Below are positions 37,179 to 46,852 of a DNA stretch of 64,000 bases, one piece after another. The notes beneath the pieces are model-generated. The model was not told the DNA's origin and searched no databases. It was given only the letters and a program-made list of their open reading frames with translations. The position numbers and the translations under genes were made by a program. Positions within the stretch are counted from its first letter, which is position 1, and each line of letters begins with the position of its first letter. The DNA comes from an uncultured Lachnospiraceae bacterium (GTDB lineage Bacteria; Bacillota; Clostridia; Lachnospirales; Lachnospiraceae): positions 2,903-66,902 of the forward strand of contig CACXFB010000038.1 of the NCBI GenBank assembly GCA_902766825.1, read 5' to 3'.

Positions 37179-38075
37179 CTATATATACTTTCTTAACGCT
37201 TCCATGTATGCTTCTCCATAACGGCTAAGGGAAACATTTTTTTGTCTTATAACTCCTATCCTCATATACTCATCAACCTTAAGCGGCTTGGCTATAATAT
37301 TTTCGCCGTTAAGCTCCTTGCTTATAACCCCCGAACTTACAGTGTAACCGTTAAGTCCGATAACAAGATTAAATAACGTCGCCCTGTCTCTTACCTTTAT
37401 ATTTTTCTTCCTGTCGAGTGTACTTAAGATTTCCTCTGAAAAATAAAATGAATTATAATCGCCCTGCTCAAACGAGAGATACGGATATTCCTCTAAATCC
37501 TCCAAAGTAAGGCTTTTCTTTTTTGCGAGGGGATGATTTGAACAAATAAAAACATGCGGTTTTGCAACAAACAGTTCTTCAAAAACCAACTCATTACGGC
37601 CTATAAGTTTTGAGATGACCTCTTTGTTTTTTGATGACATATAAAGAATTCCAATTTCACTTTTTAAGTTACTTACATCTTCTATAATCTCATTTGTCTG
37701 GGTCTCTCTTAATGTAAAATCATACTTATCCGCATCAAATGCTTTAATAACATCCACAAATGCATTGACCGCAAATGAATAATGCTGACACGATACAGAG
37801 AACTTCGAACTTTGCTTAGGGCTGTTTAAGAACCTTTCTTTTAGCATATCAGCCTGCTCTAAAACCTGTCTTGCGTATGCCAAAAACACGTCACCCTCAT
37901 TAGACACGGTAACGCCTTTATTGGTTCTGTTGAAAATGGTAACCTGCATTTCTTTTTCAAGTTCCTTAATGGCATTGGTAAGGCTTGGCTGACTGATAAA
38001 AAGTCGTTTTGCCGCCTCCGTAATGTTGCCGGTTTCAGCAACGGTAACTATATATTTTAATTGTTGTAATGTCAT
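37179..38075 (-). CDS. LysR-family transcriptional regulator
   Basis: MTLQQLKYIVTVAETGNITEAAKRLFISQPSLTNAIKELE wHTH plus a substrate-binding domain. Immediately upstream of metE. Confidence 0.9.
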   Translation of the reverse strand: MTLQQLKYIVTVAETGNITEAAKRLFISQPSLTNAIKELEKEMQVTIFNRTNKGVTVSNEGDVFLAYARQVLEQADMLKERFLNSPKQSSKFSVSCQHYSFAVNAFVDVIKAFDADKYDFTLRETQTNEIIEDVSNLKSEIGILYMSSKNKEVISKLIGRNELVFEELFVAKPHVFICSNHPLAKKKSLTLEDLEEYPYLSFEQGDYNSFYFSEEILSTLDRKKNIKVRDRATLFNLVIGLNGYTVSSGVISKELNGENIIAKPLKVDEYMRIGVIRQKNVSLSRYGEAYMEALRKYI

Positions 38076-38100
38076 GATTTCTTCTTATCTCCTATTTAGG

Positions 38101-38129
38101 GTGAAACGGGGGACGGTTCTTCGTTTCAC
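38101..38129. repeat. REP-like hairpin, copy B
   Basis: GTGAAACGGGG-GACGGTT-CTTCGTTTCAC, an 11-bp stem including two G-T pairs, with the same loop as copy A. Confidence 0.8.
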
Positions 38130-38227
38130 ACAAAATTGCACCGACCATCTCTGTCCGGTGCTCTTTTGATATTTATATTAAATATATTCAGCTCTTATTC
38201 AGTTTCCTTTTCAGGAAGTAAATGTTG

Positions 38228-38256
38228 TTTACAAAAACGACTATATCACATATAAT
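38228..38256 (+). promoter_or_regulatory. Near-consensus plus-strand promoter facing the 3-prime end of the response-regulator gene
   Basis: TTTACA - 17 nt - TATAAT on the plus strand. No plus-strand ORF follows. Confidence 0.3.
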
Positions 38257-38348
38257 CCTGTAGCACAATAATTATGGGCAATATGTAAATAATAATTAAC
38301 AGTTTCTTAATTTTTGTAAAGGCATAGCAATACTTTGTGATTATATGT

Positions 38349-38972
38349 TTACAAATTACTACCCGAAAGCGCCATTACAAGTTTTACTCTGTCATGTATT
38401 CCTGTCTTATCGTAAATGGATGAAATATAGTTTTTAACTGTTCCTTCTGACACATAAAGGCTGTCTGCAATCTGCCTGTTGGTAAGTCCTTTTGCAAGTG
38501 CCGCGGCAACCTCCCTCTCACGGGCTGTCATATCAACAAACAATCCTTCCGTGTTGTTTTTATTCATCAAAGAAGTAAGTCTCATCATAACCTTCGGGTC
38601 AAGAACACTTACTCCATTCATCAACTGCTCAACAGCTCCAAGGATAGCATCTTTCCCGCTGTCCTTTAAAAGATATCCGTCTGCTCCGTTGCTGATAGCA
38701 TCAGTTATATTTTTATCATCATAAAATGTGGTAAGAACCAGAATCTTAACAGACGGATACATACGTTTTACATGTCCTATAAGTTCAATTCCGCCCATTC
38801 CTTTCATGTTAAGATCCACCAGTGCAACATCACAGAAATCATTTCTTAAACATTCAAGTGCTTCCTTTCCGTCGTGGGCTTTCCCCATAATCTCCATACC
38901 TTTCATAGATAAAATAATCTCAAGGCTGTCAAGCAGCATATTTTCATCATCTACCAATAAGACTTTATACAT
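38349..38972 (-). CDS. Response regulator, NarL/LuxR family
   Basis: REC domain (VLLVDDE...DLNMKGMGG) plus a LuxR HTH (LTAREREVAAALAKGLTNRQIADSLYVSEGTVKNY). Confidence 0.9.
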   Translation of the reverse strand: MYKVLLVDDENMLLDSLEIILSMKGMEIMGKAHDGKEALECLRNDFCDVALVDLNMKGMGGIELIGHVKRMYPSVKILVLTTFYDDKNITDAISNGADGYLLKDSGKDAILGAVEQLMNGVSVLDPKVMMRLTSLMNKNNTEGLFVDMTAREREVAAALAKGLTNRQIADSLYVSEGTVKNYISSIYDKTGIHDRVKLVMALSGSNL

Positions 38973-39007
38973 AACAATTCCCTTCCAAACATTTATTTTT
39001 TCTGCTT

Positions 39008-40195
39008 CTATTTTTCTGCATTATTCTGAATCGGCAATTCGATTATACTTCTGAAACCGTCTTCATTTTTAAACGTTGTAGTGCCGCCGCATCTGTTAAC
39101 ATACGCTTCTATTTTCTTAAGTCCGAAGCCTTTTTCAATTAATTCATGCCTGTTGGTCTCGTCAAATTCTCCCCTGCCGTCATCTTTTACTTCCAGCTTA
39201 AAATGCGCACTGTCGCCACTAAGCTTTACCATATAGTTTTTTGCCCCGGTATGTTTGGCACCGTTAGTTAAAAATTCCTCAAGTGCCCCGGTAAGAAACT
39301 GCGCATGTTCGCTTGGAATCATCATCTGCATATCATATATTTCATACAGTCTGTCGCAGCTTCTGTCTGTGTCCATCAAAAAATCATCTATGATATTATC
39401 AAAATAACAAATTAAATCTTTTACACTCACATCTGCCGCTTCGTCATCCAGTGCACGCACCGCACTTCTTATCGCATCAAGACTTCCTCTTATCCTTTCG
39501 GTAGCATCAAGCATTTTCTGATGTGCTTCCTTAGGCTTTTGTTCAAACAACATGTCTGCCGCATCCAAAGTCATTACGGCAGCTGTGATTGAGTGACCAA
39601 CACTGTTGTGAATTTTTCTGCTTATATTTTCCCTCTCAACAAGCCTTGCATTCTTATCTATGTAAAAGCTTTGTCTTGCAAGCTCTTTGTTCTTCTTAAT
39701 TTCCACCATTTCATTTAAGCTGAACTTTATAATTTTGCGCCTGCCTTCCTCTTCTTTTATCTCCCATCTGTCAATTAAATATCTGACTGCAACTACCAAG
39801 CAGATAATAATATTCACCACGGCAAATATCAAAAGTGACTTTGCAATCATATACGGCACTGAACTTTCCACATTATTATGAACATATATTTTTATCATAA
39901 TTTGCAGTAAAAATGTTATATCAGCAGCAAGTAATGTCTGTCGCAGATTAATTCCCACAATGCATACAAAAATCAGACACGCCCACCATTTCCCCGCACA
40001 CAACGCAAATAAGACCGCAAGAAAAAGCTGTACTGCAATAAGCAGCTTTTTCTTACCGTCTTCTACATATCCCGCTGTCACGCTAAGGAGCAGTCCGCCT
40101 CCAAGCAGGAATGTCAAAGGCGCATGCCCCGACATTCCTGCTGCCAAAAGCGTAAATATAATTATAAATATATTTGACATAATCACGTATATCAT
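39008..40195 (-). CDS. Sensor histidine kinase (HisKA_3 type)
   Basis: About 5 N-terminal TM segments, H-box ISRKIHNSVGHSIT, HATPase_c G-box GFGLKKIE. Confidence 0.85.
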   Translation of the reverse strand: MIYVIMSNIFIIIFTLLAAGMSGHAPLTFLLGGGLLLSVTAGYVEDGKKKLLIAVQLFLAVLFALCAGKWWACLIFVCIVGINLRQTLLAADITFLLQIMIKIYVHNNVESSVPYMIAKSLLIFAVVNIIICLVVAVRYLIDRWEIKEEEGRRKIIKFSLNEMVEIKKNKELARQSFYIDKNARLVERENISRKIHNSVGHSITAAVMTLDAADMLFEQKPKEAHQKMLDATERIRGSLDAIRSAVRALDDEAADVSVKDLICYFDNIIDDFLMDTDRSCDRLYEIYDMQMMIPSEHAQFLTGALEEFLTNGAKHTGAKNYMVKLSGDSAHFKLEVKDDGRGEFDETNRHELIEKGFGLKKIEAYVNRCGGTTTFKNEDGFRSIIELPIQNNAEK

Positions 40196-40284
40196 AATTT
40201 TAAATCATTTCCTCCAACGCCCCCAAAAAAGGCTCTTGCAATTATCCTTAATTATACATGAAACAACTTTTTTTATCTACCACC

Positions 40285-41376
40285 CTAAAACTGTGTTACG
40301 TCTGCCCTGCTCATTTTTCTTCCTTTTAACAAAACGGTAGGCACAAGCACTAAGAGGTTAGATGCCACAAATGCCAGAATTCCTGTCTTTGACCAATACG
40401 GAAGATACCTGCCTGACGGCTTGTAATAAAGCTCATTTCCTATAAACATCATCAAATACAGTACTGCGGCTCCTAAAGTTACTGCGACCGCATCCATACA
40501 CAAAATCTCCCTCGCGCATTTTTTATAAATATCCATTCTGCTAAGCCCTATAGCCCTGTACACACCAAACTCATATGATCTTGCAATGAACTGGCCTGTA
40601 ATTACGGAGTTAACAATCACCGCAAGTATCACGGAAAGAAGCACTATACCTACACCGAAAATCAATTCAAAAGGTGCAAACTCAGCGGCGATTTCATCTC
40701 TAATCGGTTCATCAATCTGAACCTTGTATTCACCTTTTAAATCATTTAAATAATCTCTAAGCTCATGTCCGCTTATGTCTTTTCCGATGACATTCATTCG
40801 AAGTGGCTCACCACTTTTTTTCACATAAAATAATACAAAACTGTCATCCTCAAGAATTGCATCGACAGTGTATTTCCCCTCAATACTTTTACTTACGGAA
40901 GCATCAAGAACATCTCCTTTTTTTAGCCCGTACTGCTTTGCAAATTCCGATGACATGCACACGCTGCCATCCCCGACATCCGAAAGATCAGCTTTAATAC
41001 CAAGTTCATCAAATGCTTTTTCCATGTCCTGTTTTGTTTCAAAAACCATCGATGAACCGCCCATCTCAAATCCCATGGTACATACCCATGACATTCCGGA
41101 AAATCCTCTTGCGGACCTGTCTAAAACCAAAAGATTATCGTCTTTTAAAAGTTTTTCCCTGAATGCTTTATAATCTTTATAATCCTCATCATTTGATATT
41201 GCACTCACAACGCAGTTCTTATCGGAATAATCCTGTGCCTTCTCCCAGTAATACATGTTGCTGCTTACATAATTACCTGCAACAAAAAGAAGTGTTGTGA
41301 AGAAAAACAAAAATATTATAATGGCAGATTTTCCTTTGTTCTCTTTAATATAATAAGGTCCTGATAATGGTTTCAT
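40285..41376 (-). CDS. ABC transporter permease, FtsX-like
   Basis: Start set at ATG 41376 (ATGA overlap with the ATPase stop, RBS GGAGAGG). Extracytoplasmic domain plus a C-terminal FtsX bundle. Confidence 0.8.
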   Translation of the reverse strand: MKPLSGPYYIKENKGKSAIIIFLFFFTTLLFVAGNYVSSNMYYWEKAQDYSDKNCVVSAISNDEDYKDYKAFREKLLKDDNLLVLDRSARGFSGMSWVCTMGFEMGGSSMVFETKQDMEKAFDELGIKADLSDVGDGSVCMSSEFAKQYGLKKGDVLDASVSKSIEGKYTVDAILEDDSFVLFYVKKSGEPLRMNVIGKDISGHELRDYLNDLKGEYKVQIDEPIRDEIAAEFAPFELIFGVGIVLLSVILAVIVNSVITGQFIARSYEFGVYRAIGLSRMDIYKKCAREILCMDAVAVTLGAAVLYLMMFIGNELYYKPSGRYLPYWSKTGILAFVASNLLVLVPTVLLKGRKMSRADVTQF

Positions 41377-42029
41377 CGGCTTACCTCTCCATCCCACATT
41401 TCAATAATCCTGTCCGCATCCTGCAAAATACTTCTGTCATGAGTTACAACTATCACAAGTCTTTCCTGTGAATATCTTTTTAGAATTTTCATAACATTAA
41501 ACGCATTTTCATGGTCAAGCGACGCTGTTGGTTCATCCGCAAAAATAACCTTGGGATCATTTATCATCGCTCTTGCTATTGCGACTCTCTGGCACTGTCC
41601 GCCGGAAAGTTTTGCCGGCTTTTTGCCCCATTCCTTTTTGCCAAGTCCTAAATCCTCAAAAAATCCTTCTGCTTTCTTACGGGCTTCATCAGACTTATCA
41701 ACTGCACCTACAAGACAATTGTCCATAGCTGTCATATACGGAACTAGATAATGCTTTTGAAAAATGAATCCAAACTCCGTTCTTCTAAGCTGCTCTCTTT
41801 GCGAATTGCTGATTGAGTCATATCTGATTCCGTTGTAAGTAACACTTCCGCCGGTTGGCTCCTTGAGTGTCGACAGACAATACATAAGCGTACTTTTTCC
41901 GCTTCCCGACGGCCCTATGATTCCTACGAGTCCTTTATCCCCAAGTTCAAGGTCAAACCCTTTAAGTGCATACGTTTTTGAATCTGTGTCCATATCATAA
42001 ATCATACATATATCTTTTACTTCAAACAT
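41373..42029 (-). CDS. ABC transporter ATP-binding protein
   Basis: GPSGSGKST, LSGGQCQRVAIARA, IFADEPTASLD. Confidence 0.9.
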   Translation of the reverse strand: MFEVKDICMIYDMDTDSKTYALKGFDLELGDKGLVGIIGPSGSGKSTLMYCLSTLKEPTGGSVTYNGIRYDSISNSQREQLRRTEFGFIFQKHYLVPYMTAMDNCLVGAVDKSDEARKKAEGFFEDLGLGKKEWGKKPAKLSGGQCQRVAIARAMINDPKVIFADEPTASLDHENAFNVMKILKRYSQERLVIVVTHDRSILQDADRIIEMWDGEVSR

Positions 42030-42046
42030 TTTTTCTCCTCCTGATT

Positions 42047-43207
42047 CTATTCTTCTATCGCATCAATTGTTCTGATTTTTTTAAGGCTTAGAAGCACCGG
42101 TATCTGCAGAACTCCGATTATAAATACATACGTGGTAATAATTGCAAAGATCTGATTCATATACACTACATGTCCGACAAGTCCTTTTGGGCTGATAACA
42201 CTTAGGTTAATTAAAAATGCACATCCCAGTGAAATAATAAGCCCTGCCAGAGTGCCTGCTCCAAACAGGATAAGCATTTCTCTTACAATCATTTTGTAAA
42301 TATCACCTCTGCTGTATCCGATTGATGAATACAGACAATATTCATTAATACGGTTTCGAAGAAATGACACATATGCCACAAGCACCAGAATCGCAAGAAA
42401 CGTCATTATCATCGTAAATATGGTTGAGATTACTGCATCTATTGTATCTGTACATAATTCCTTGTAATTTCTTAAATATTCGGCAGCATCTAAGACCTCA
42501 TCCTCGTCGCTGATGGTAATTCCATTATCCTCAAGAATCCCAACCATATCCGTTGTGTTCTCATCGTTGTAAACCACGATGTACCATCCGCTGTTGGTGT
42601 ATCCGTTTGGCACTCCGACCGACACCATATAATCAGACTTCATTGTTCCCGTGATGCGAAATGTCTGTCCAAACCATTTTTCCATATACCAGTCACCAAT
42701 CTTGTAACCCGCATTTTTCATAATAGTCTCATCCACGAGGACATCGCCCGGTTCCTTTGGCATCTTTCCGTCAGTTATTGAAGCATCCATATGGTCCAAA
42801 AATCCCTGCACCTGATCTGCTTCCATAAGCGGCATCTCAAAATTGAATTCTCCCATAACTGCCTGATATCTGCTGGTTATAATCTGAGTATAAAATGCAT
42901 CCTCAATCCCCTTTGTATTCTTCAATTTGTTAACTAACTCTTCCCTTTTTTCTTCAAATGCAGCATTAAGCTCATCATTATTATCAAAATCATCCGGATT
43001 AAGGCCATACGCCTTTGCCCCAAGATTGATATAAGACAGTCTTTGCGGCATCTTTACCATAATCGTCTCAAAGCTTTCTGTCGTTGTTATTAGCAGAACA
43101 TACACAACATACATCGCCATAAATGATATGGCTAATGCCGTGACTAAAACCGCCACCGTTGCCTTATTGTTTTTAACGTATTTCCATGCTGATAGTCGTG
43201 AACTCAT
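42047..43207 (-). CDS. ABC transporter permease, FtsX-like
   Basis: 386 aa. N-terminal TM, extracytoplasmic domain, C-terminal FtsX 3-TM bundle. Confidence 0.8.
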   Translation of the reverse strand: MSSRLSAWKYVKNNKATVAVLVTALAISFMAMYVVYVLLITTTESFETIMVKMPQRLSYINLGAKAYGLNPDDFDNNDELNAAFEEKREELVNKLKNTKGIEDAFYTQIITSRYQAVMGEFNFEMPLMEADQVQGFLDHMDASITDGKMPKEPGDVLVDETIMKNAGYKIGDWYMEKWFGQTFRITGTMKSDYMVSVGVPNGYTNSGWYIVVYNDENTTDMVGILEDNGITISDEDEVLDAAEYLRNYKELCTDTIDAVISTIFTMIMTFLAILVLVAYVSFLRNRINEYCLYSSIGYSRGDIYKMIVREMLILFGAGTLAGLIISLGCAFLINLSVISPKGLVGHVVYMNQIFAIITTYVFIIGVLQIPVLLSLKKIRTIDAIEE

Positions 43208-43281
43208 TATTCATCGGTTCCTTTCTTTTTTATGTAGCACTTTTTGCTTTGTAATTACATACTAACAGCATCCTGCAGACA

Positions 43282-43323
43282 TAAAAAGTGACCGCGGTCA
43301 TGTTTTGGCATGACTACGGTCAC
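43282..43323 (-). terminator. Terminator-like hairpin after the 768-aa permease operon
   Basis: 15-bp stem GTGACCGTAGTCATG/CATGACCGCGGTCAC (2 mismatches), followed by TTTTTATG on the minus strand. Confidence 0.45.
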
Positions 43324-43340
43324 TTTGGAACAGAGGGGCA

Positions 43341-43509
43341 GTGAAACGGGGGACGGTTCTTCGTTCCAATGAGTCAACAGGGACGGTTCTTACTGACTCA
43401 TTCTTTTTCAGCTGACTGATTAACTTAACCGACAACTTCCAAGAATGAGTCTGTAAGAACCGTCCCTGTTGACTCAAATTTTGGAACGAGGAACCGTCCC
43501 CCGTTTCAC
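43341..43509. repeat. REP/MITE-like composite element, copy C (longest)
   Basis: Inverted arms of about 65 bp (GTGAAACGGGGGACGGTTCTTCGTTCCAATGAGTCAACAGGGACGGTTCTTACTGACTCATTC and its near-perfect reverse complement) around a core of about 40 bp. No ORF. Confidence 0.8.
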
Positions 43510-43521
43510 CCCCCGTCTGTT

Positions 43522-45828
43522 TTACTCTACATTCTTTAGTGCATCCGTCATTGGAATCTTTTTAATTCTTACAACGTCCATTGCGGCAACAATTGCGTAT
43601 GAGATAATTATCATTACCACAGCCTGTATCAAACGCTGTGTTCCCATGTAGTATTCAAACCAGCCATCAAGCTGATACATGTATATTTTCCATATCTCTC
43701 CCACAAACAAGACGCCAAGGAACGACGTTGCCAATGCTGCGATTACAACAACTATAGAAGTAAGCCTTATATACAGACTGTTAATCTCTTTATTATTGTA
43801 TCCAAGAACTTTTATCATTGAAATCGAGCCTGCATTTTTTTCAATGATAAGCTTTGTCAGAAGATATATAAGCAGCAGTGCAAATATCATACATATGACT
43901 GAGAAATACTTCATATAAGCTCCCATAGAATGATCTAACTGCCTTGCAATCTTAAGCATGTCATCTTGTGTTACAACAGTCATTATCTGTTTATTATCAA
44001 TATCTTTAATCTCATTTTCTGAAAGGAATCCTGTAAATGCTTCTTTATCTTTTTCAAAAACTTTATTAAAGTTATCATTAGGCATAAATACGGCTAACGT
44101 TCCCGGAAGATCATAAATACCTTTAACTTTGAAGCTGTATTTCCTGCTGTCATACTGCTCTTTCAGAGTAATACTGTCACCTTTATCTATTCCAAATTTA
44201 TCACTGTAAGCTTTTGAAATATAAACATTATCTTCATCTAAATCTTCATCTATTTCGAAGTATCTGCTTTCATCCATGTAACCATAAATCGTTATTCCCT
44301 CGCCCACATGAACACCATCAGTTGTTTCAAGACTTGCAACACTGTACTTTTCTGCACTTTCCTCGTCAGTGTTAATTATGTTACCTTCAGAATCGACATT
44401 GCTTTTTAAAATGTACTGATAATCTGCAAGCATGTATTCTTTAATATCATCCTTGTAATTATTCACTGTTGCCGGCATGCCAAGCGCAAACACAAGCATA
44501 ATCTGCACGAACAGTATTCCTATAAACATAACACCGTAATCTGCCAGGTTCTGAAAAAGTATCCTGAGTCTGAATCTTGATAAGAACTTCCACCTTGGAA
44601 GGCGCATTGCTTTTTTACGTTTTGATGTTCTAAGATCTCTTCGCAAAAACTTAAGCGGTGCTATTCTAAGCTTTTTATAAATAACAATTGTGCACACCAA
44701 AATCATAATAAGCAATGGATACACAGTAGTCTTTACAAAACCATCCGCATTCCACAAAGTTGTGTATTTTGGAAGGCTATAAGAATTGTAATACATCTTA
44801 ACAACCAAATCCTTAAACGTGGTGTAACCCATCACATTTCCAACAACCGCTGCAACTAGCGTTATGATCACCGGAAGGCTTATATAATGAATCAAAAGTT
44901 CTCCTCTTGTATATCCCGAAGCTCTTAAAGTTCCGATAACTGCCGCTTCATTAACAATCGTATTGTTGATTGTTATAGCAAAAATAAATGCAAGAACTAC
45001 GACAAGAACTATAAGAAGAACCTCACACATTATCTTGTCAGAACCAAAATCGTCCGGTGCAAAATGAATCGCTTTATTAGCATATTCAGGCACAAAATCC
45101 GTTATTTCATTACCATTTTGAATGCACGATACTGCTACATTCTCAATAAGCTTATCCGAGAGCTCTTTGTTTTCATCCTCGTCTTTTGGTTCATCATCAA
45201 ATAAATATGCATACTGATAAATTTGTTTTCCCTCTATCTTATCGTAGAACTCCTCTGTTACGGCACCCACGTCAAATGTAAGTGCATCAAACATTATTTC
45301 TGTGCTGTTTTCAAACAGACAGGTATAATCAGAAAATGAAACCAGTCCGACAACCTCTGCTTCATATCCGTCAATTCTTATCATATCCCCAACAGATATA
45401 CCGTTGTTATCGGCATGCATTCTGTCTATAACTATCTCATCATCTTTATCAGGAAATCTTCCTTCAAGCAGACATGCTTTATTAATCTCCTCTCTCATTT
45501 TAAATACTCTTATTCGGACATTTTTATCATCATCCTTACCCTTATAATCTTCCTTAAACTCCTTATAATACTGCTTGTAAATCGTAATGTCCTGTTTTTC
45601 AAATTCATTTATAAGCTCACTTGTCGCTTCATTTTTCAGGTTGAAATGTCCGTCCTCTATATTGTATTTTTCAAATGCATCATTTGCCGCTTTTTCCATG
45701 CTGTCATTAGCAACAAACATGCCCGATACAAATCCTATGGTTACTGTCATCAAAAGAAAAAGGACTATGTATTTCATCCACTGTTTTTTAATTTCTCTTA
45801 TAACTCTTTTTCGTAATGGATTCTTCAT
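43522..45828 (-). CDS. ABC transporter permease with two FtsX domains (10-TM type)
   Basis: 768 aa. Two FtsX-like bundles separated by a large extracytoplasmic domain. Paired with the upstream ATPase. Confidence 0.85.
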   Translation of the reverse strand: MKNPLRKRVIREIKKQWMKYIVLFLLMTVTIGFVSGMFVANDSMEKAANDAFEKYNIEDGHFNLKNEATSELINEFEKQDITIYKQYYKEFKEDYKGKDDDKNVRIRVFKMREEINKACLLEGRFPDKDDEIVIDRMHADNNGISVGDMIRIDGYEAEVVGLVSFSDYTCLFENSTEIMFDALTFDVGAVTEEFYDKIEGKQIYQYAYLFDDEPKDEDENKELSDKLIENVAVSCIQNGNEITDFVPEYANKAIHFAPDDFGSDKIMCEVLLIVLVVVLAFIFAITINNTIVNEAAVIGTLRASGYTRGELLIHYISLPVIITLVAAVVGNVMGYTTFKDLVVKMYYNSYSLPKYTTLWNADGFVKTTVYPLLIMILVCTIVIYKKLRIAPLKFLRRDLRTSKRKKAMRLPRWKFLSRFRLRILFQNLADYGVMFIGILFVQIMLVFALGMPATVNNYKDDIKEYMLADYQYILKSNVDSEGNIINTDEESAEKYSVASLETTDGVHVGEGITIYGYMDESRYFEIDEDLDEDNVYISKAYSDKFGIDKGDSITLKEQYDSRKYSFKVKGIYDLPGTLAVFMPNDNFNKVFEKDKEAFTGFLSENEIKDIDNKQIMTVVTQDDMLKIARQLDHSMGAYMKYFSVICMIFALLLIYLLTKLIIEKNAGSISMIKVLGYNNKEINSLYIRLTSIVVVIAALATSFLGVLFVGEIWKIYMYQLDGWFEYYMGTQRLIQAVVMIIISYAIVAAMDVVRIKKIPMTDALKNVE

Positions 45829-45854
45829 AGTATGTCTCCAATCTTGCTTTGTTA

Positions 45855-46601
45855 CTACCAGTCAAGGTCCTGTGCTTTTACCTTGTTCTCATTGTAAATA
45901 TTCTTTCTTACTTTTCCGTCTCTAAGCTTTATTACATGGTCTGCCATCTGCTGTATAGCCTCATTATGAGTTACCATGATAATGGTGTTACCATACTTTT
46001 CATTTACTTCTTCAATAAGCTTTAAAATCTCCTTTGAAGTGTTGTAATCAAGCGCTCCCGTCGGCTCATCGCAAAGAAGAATATCCGGATTCTTTACAAT
46101 TGCTCTTCCGATAGATGTTCTTTGCTGCTGTCCTCCGGATAACTGATTAGGAAGCTTGTATCTGTGCTCATAAAGTCCAAGAGTGTGAAGCAGTTCATCG
46201 GTATCAAGACTGTTATCCGACAAATATGCTCCTACCTCAATATTTTCCTTTACATTGAGATTCGGAATAAGATTGTAAAGCTGAAATACATATCCAAGAT
46301 GCTTACGTCTGTAATTAGTAAGAGCCTTTTCGTCCATATCCCTAAGCTTATCTCCTCCGATTGAAATGTATCCGTCATCGGCACTGTCAATCCCACCTAT
46401 AATATTAAGCAGGGTTGATTTACCCGAACCTGAAGGTCCAAGCAACACACAAAATTCACCCTTTGCCACACTAAAGTCCATTCCCCTTAAAACCTCCTGT
46501 CTGCTGTCCCCGGTTCCGTAAGCCTTATTTACCTGACTTACTTTCAAAAATTCTTTTTTTTCTTCATCTTTTAAATCATCATATGAAAAATCTTTGCTCA
46601 T
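45855..46601 (-). CDS. ABC transporter ATP-binding protein
   Basis: GPSGSGKSTLLN, LSGGQQQR, LLCDEPTGALD. Confidence 0.9.
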   Translation of the reverse strand: MSKDFSYDDLKDEEKKEFLKVSQVNKAYGTGDSRQEVLRGMDFSVAKGEFCVLLGPSGSGKSTLLNIIGGIDSADDGYISIGGDKLRDMDEKALTNYRRKHLGYVFQLYNLIPNLNVKENIEVGAYLSDNSLDTDELLHTLGLYEHRYKLPNQLSGGQQQRTSIGRAIVKNPDILLCDEPTGALDYNTSKEILKLIEEVNEKYGNTIIMVTHNEAIQQMADHVIKLRDGKVRKNIYNENKVKAQDLDW

Positions 46602-46762
46602 AACGTCTCTCCTTATTTCTTTTTTTAATCATCCTTTTTTAAACAACTTTCAAACATATTGTTAGATGTATCAATTTTGTGTTAGTTTTACCTAACTCAT
46701 ATATTATACCTTTTAGTTAGTTAATTCAATTATATATTACTAACAATATTCACTTTATTAAA

Positions 46763-46815
46763 ATCTCATTATTTATAATCTTTGCATTAAATTATCTCAT
46801 TATTTATGGTATAAT
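46763..46815 (+). promoter_or_regulatory. Direct repeats plus an extended -10 promoter of the LRR gene
   Basis: ATCTCATTATTTAT occurs twice (46763-46776, 46794-46807; 31-nt period). The second copy abuts TGGTATAAT (46807-46815). Confidence 0.35.
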
Positions 46816-46852
46816 TTTTTTATATATACAATTCGTGAAAGGATGTGGCAAA

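Noticed and set aside
43469-43651. ORFs 43469-43651 (+) and 52614-52802 (+), beginning MTQILERGTVPRF and MSQFWNEEPSPVS.
   Set aside because: Their N-termini are just translations of the REP-like repeat arms, and the rest is antisense to real genes.
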